Shown here: positions 60,362 to 64,000 of the stretch, piece after piece
Layout: each line of letters begins with the position of its first letter
How positions within the stretch are numbered: position 1 is the stretch's first letter
NCBI GenBank assembly: GCA_051362555.1
Contig: CM120648.1
Coordinates: 16,178,587-16,242,586 of the forward strand
From: Lingula anatina
Taxonomy: Eukaryota > Animalia > Brachiopoda
Direction of reading: 5' to 3'
Length of the DNA stretch: 64,000 nt
The notes under the pieces: model-generated
Told to the model about the DNA's origin: nothing
The model's database searches: none
Seen by the model: only the letters and a program-made list of their open reading frames with translations
Translations under genes and position numbers: made by a program

Positions 60362-63300
60362 TTGCAAGGGAATATGCAAATGTTTTACCATTAATATTAA
60401 TAAGGAATGCTAGTCACTCTCGTCGTAGAGATGGAAGCTGCAGTATTCACTCGTAACTGTGACAAAAGAACAAAAAAGTCACAAAGGTGGCTATAATTTT
60501 CAGGTGCAGACGTCTCACTCAATAACATTTGGTCTGGTGATGAATCTTGACGGGTTTTTAATTTAAATTGGATCCATCATAGTGGTTATAAATGTCATTG
60601 GAGATATATGCACAAAGCCACGTTTCTCGTTTGCGACGCCTACGTCAAGGTGTTTTTAATAAGAAGTGTGTTGCCGCATTTCACAGTTATGAAACAATGC
60701 AATGATTTTGGGCTGATTCAAATTTTCGCTTTCTTAATTCATTTTAATTCAGTTTGCCAGTACGGTTTGTCAGTGTTTAAAATTCTGTCTCAATGGAACA
60801 ATTCTTTTTAATTTGTTTACTGAACTTGTGTTTCTACAGCTGACGACGTAACAACGTCGCGTCTCCCTGGAAGAGCTTTCTGCTGCTGTACAGAGAATTT
60901 GGCTTCAACTTTTTTGAAATTAGTACGTAAAAGGAGAAAAAAATGCTTGGTTTCAGAGCCCCCTGTCCTGGATAGAAACCCCCCTTACCCCCAGGCCCCC
61001 TCACCCACCCACCCTCGTCGATCTCATTGGGTATTAAGTTGGCGGACAGAGAATTCTTGGCCTTGGTAGGTTGCCCAAACAGAAAACGTTTATTTCAACT
61101 ACACCCCCCCCCCTTTCCCCTTACTTACATTGGTCTGGTGGTAAATCTTGACGGGGTTTTAATAATAATTGAAGCCGCTGCGTTTCATAACGGTTATTAA
61201 TGTCATTGGTGATGTCTGCACATAGCCACATTTCCCGTTTACGACACCAACGTCGAGGTGTTTTTAATAAGAAGTGTGTTGCCGCATTTCATAGTTATGA
61301 AACATTGCATTGGCTTTTCACATGTTCAGATATTTTGCTTTCTTTATTCATTTTAATTTATTTCCAAACCTGAGTTTGGTTTGTCAGTGCTAAAAATTCG
61401 GTCTCAACGAAACAATTCTTTTTAATTTGATTACTGAACTTGTGTTTCTACAGCTGACGAGGTGACAACGTGGCGTCTCTCTGGCAGAGCTTTCTGCTGC
61501 TGTACAGAGAATCTGGGTTCAACTTTCCTGCACTTTGATGCGTAAACGGAGCAAAAAATGCTTGGTGTCACACCTCCCCCCCCTGTCCTGGATAGATACC
61601 CCCTCCCCACCAACCCCGTCGTCGCTCTCATGATGAGTTATTCAGCTGGTGGACTGAGAATTCTTGGCCTTGGTAGGGAGCCCAAACAGAAAATGTTTAT
61701 TTTACCCCCCCCCCCCCCCCCCTCCACTTACTTACATTGATCTGGTGGTGAAACTTGACGGGGTTTAATAATAATAGAAGCCACTGCGTTTCGTAACGGT
61801 TATTAATTACATTGGTGATGTCTGCACAAAGCCACATTTCCCGTTTGCGACGGGAGCGTCAAGGTGTTTTTATTAAGAAGTGTGGTGCCGCTTTTCATGC
61901 TTATGAAACATTGCATTGATTTTGGGCTTATTTAATATTTCGCTTTCTTTATTCATTTTAATTCATTTCCAAAATCGAGTCTGCCAGTACGATTTTCAGT
62001 GTTTAAAGTTTTGTCTCAACGGAACGATTCTTTTTAATTTGTTTACTGAACTTGTTTTTCTACTGCTGACGAGGTGACAACGCACTCTCTCCCTGCTTTC
62101 TGCTTTCTGCTGCTGTACAGATAATTTGGGTTCAACTTTTTTTCTGAACTTTGGTGCGTAAACGAAGCCAAACATGTTTGGTCTCTTGTCCTGGATAGAA
62201 AAACCCTCCTCCCCCCCCTCCTCCCTCCCCCTCTCGTCGCTCAAATGGGTTACTCAGCCGGTGTATATTACTGAGAATTCTTAGCCTGGGTATTAAGCCC
62301 AAACAGAACATATTTTATCTCAACCCTCCCCCCCCCCATCTCCCACCCTGTGTAGATTACACCTCACCCCAGCACCCCCCCCACCACCCACCCACCCCAC
62401 CATATATCCTCTGATATTACAACCCCATTAAAACACTGTACAGAATCACACTCTAGGGTTTTCAACATTTTTGTACCAGCCTACTAGCGCCCCCTGTGGC
62501 TAGAGAGTACCAAACACACCGTTTGTGAAGGCTTGGTAGTATGACAGGCAAGAGCAGGGGTGGATCCAGAGATATTTTCTGGTAGTCTTCCAAATTATCT
62601 TTGTTGAACCATCCTCCATTTTTGACCGTCTTCAGATAGTCCGCGGATGCGAAACTGACCCCTCCCCCTTCCCCCCTGGCGTGGGGCCCAGGGCCCGCTA
62701 AAAGGCCCCGAAAAATGTTGGTATTTGGTACTGTTTAGAAGTATGATTCAGCTAGTCAAAATTCTAATTTCTAATTTTTTTTTTTTTTATAGAAATTGAA
62801 GGGGGTCAGGACCCCATTGACCCCAACCCACCCGCTCTAAATCCGCCACTGCGTGTGATATCTGGACTACGTGTGCCCCACTGCGCATGGACTAATGGAG
62901 CTAAATTCTCAAAACAACGATTTTTCAAATGGACTCATTGTTATTTCTTCCAAAGCAACACAATAAGACACGTCTGGCTGCTTTCCTCCAGAAGGCATGT
63001 GTTATAGAGTTAGACAAATATTCTTTGCTCTTTCATCACACAGCGATCGACTTTCATCCTTTTTAAAGGTCAAACTTTATTATCTACCCTGGCAACCCAC
63101 GAAGCGTTAGATCAATAAATAGAATTCAAATAAAATTACTGATCAATAAAAATAAGAATATCAATAGATATTTAAATAATCAAGATAAAAGATAAGTTCT
63201 ATTTCATCTTGGCATCTGCACAGGTTCATTCACTAATGTAGGCATTTTAAGGTAGGAAGAGTCTAAAAGAAACATTTTTGTTTTTTCTCTTAGTTAAGGA

Positions 63301-63877
63301 TACTGTTAGCCTTTGCCAAAGCTCCTCATCAACTGCATCACATACATTCGTTTGGATAATAGATAAATCTTTAGTGTTCAGTGACTAAATTAATTAACAT
63401 TTATACGTATGTTATCTTACGAGTGAGGTCATAATTGCGGCTTTGTGGTAAAATATTGAAAGATTGTTTTCTCAAATTTCTCCTTTACCTGAGAACCTAC
63501 GAACACCGTTTCAACACCAATTTAATGACACCATTCTGCTAGCGATTTGTCTTGAAAGACTTCGTTCAGATTTTATTGTTGATTAAGCAAAATAATGCCT
63601 TTGTTTAACGAAAATGTGTTATTAGGGATGAAGTTACGCTCCATACCGATTGCTATCTCACCTCTAAATAGAAACATGTTTTATTGACGATTAAAGCTTT
63701 GAGTTGCCTATGCTTATACATTGCAACGATAAATATACACACCGATATTTTACATTTTGGATGTTATTTTGTTGTTTTATATCAGCACAAAGATAAATGC
63801 ATTATTGAATAATAAGATGCAATAAAAGATAATAATAAAAGAATGGCGGAAATTCAAACAATCCAACCGCATTCAAA

Positions 63878-63908
<31 letters not shown>

Positions 63909-64000
63909 AGCCATACAATACTGACCTCGATCGCTTGCATATCGAGGCGTTGGACGGCAGAATCCGACTTTTCAAAGAGGTCCATCTTTTTAACCTCTGG
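57783..64000 (-). CDS. Hillarin / kyphoscoliosis-peptidase-like transglutaminase-fold protein, 3' exons: >64000-63926, 60163-60078, 59702-59559, 59208-57783
   Basis: All junctions are GT-AG with matching phases (0, 2, 2). The spliced product reads PEVKKMDLF...LDMQAIE-VAKSDDLTTFTDLVRNL...LEKAR-AIFRWITVKNLN...DTPLGLLRGIK.G.ESYHVLFKRLCS-YAGIHC...GYSKG.GY...FRNSWTAV...WHFINCQWGAR...EEFYFLTDPEDHIFEHFP, which are hillarin signature motifs. Confidence 0.93.
60525..62345. repeat. ~605-bp tandem repeat, 3 diverged copies, in a hillarin intron
   Basis: ACATT(T)GRTCTGGTG...CTTGACGGG starts at 60525, 61127 and 61734; each copy ends in C-runs. Confidence 0.9.
62555..62851. mobile_element. GC-rich MITE with CAGKGGYGGATYYAGA-type ends
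   Basis: CAGGGGTGGATCCAGA ... TCTAAATCCGCCACTG; shares GGGGTCCTGACCCC (in opposite orientation) with the element at ~39550-39800. Confidence 0.6.

Noticed and set aside
62484-62500. CTCF-like motif (GCCACAGGGGGCGCTAG on the minus strand)
   Set aside because: The 3' half matches but the 5' half is off-consensus; a single motif among repeats cannot be supported without ChIP data.

Overview
Animal genomic DNA, probably a lophotrochozoan invertebrate (spliceosomal introns, a hillarin-like gene, Helentron-type and other invertebrate repeats, TTAGGG). Bases 1-39251 are a head-to-tail array of about 3.93-kb units: nine transposase-bearing units plus a truncated tenth, open at the left edge. Each unit has an ~840-bp spacer with two diverged internal repeats that carry antisense splice-site-like borders, an AT-rich upstream region with a TATA box, and an intronless ~670-690 aa DDE transposase of the Kolobok/'Mutator-like' (PF20700-type) kind. 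About 140 bp after the stop codon comes a ~205-345 bp telomere-like tract made of TTAGGG/TTAAAG/TTAGAC hexamers. Only units 3 and 4 keep an intact ORF, and the units are mosaics of shared variants. Three younger elements have inserted into the array: a 166-bp MITE with a 5-bp TSD, a 2.6-kb CACTA/EnSpm-like element with a 2-bp TSD, and a 545-bp solo LTR with a 4-bp TSD. Bases 39252-64000 are repeat-rich DNA holding two in-frame exons of an unidentified minus-strand gene, a ~4-kb Helentron/DINE-like element with nested MITEs and a Penelope GIY-YIG fragment, a decayed CR1/L2-type LINE, several local tandem duplications, and the last four visible exons of a minus-strand hillarin/KY-like gene. Family calls come from motif recognition only; no searches were run.
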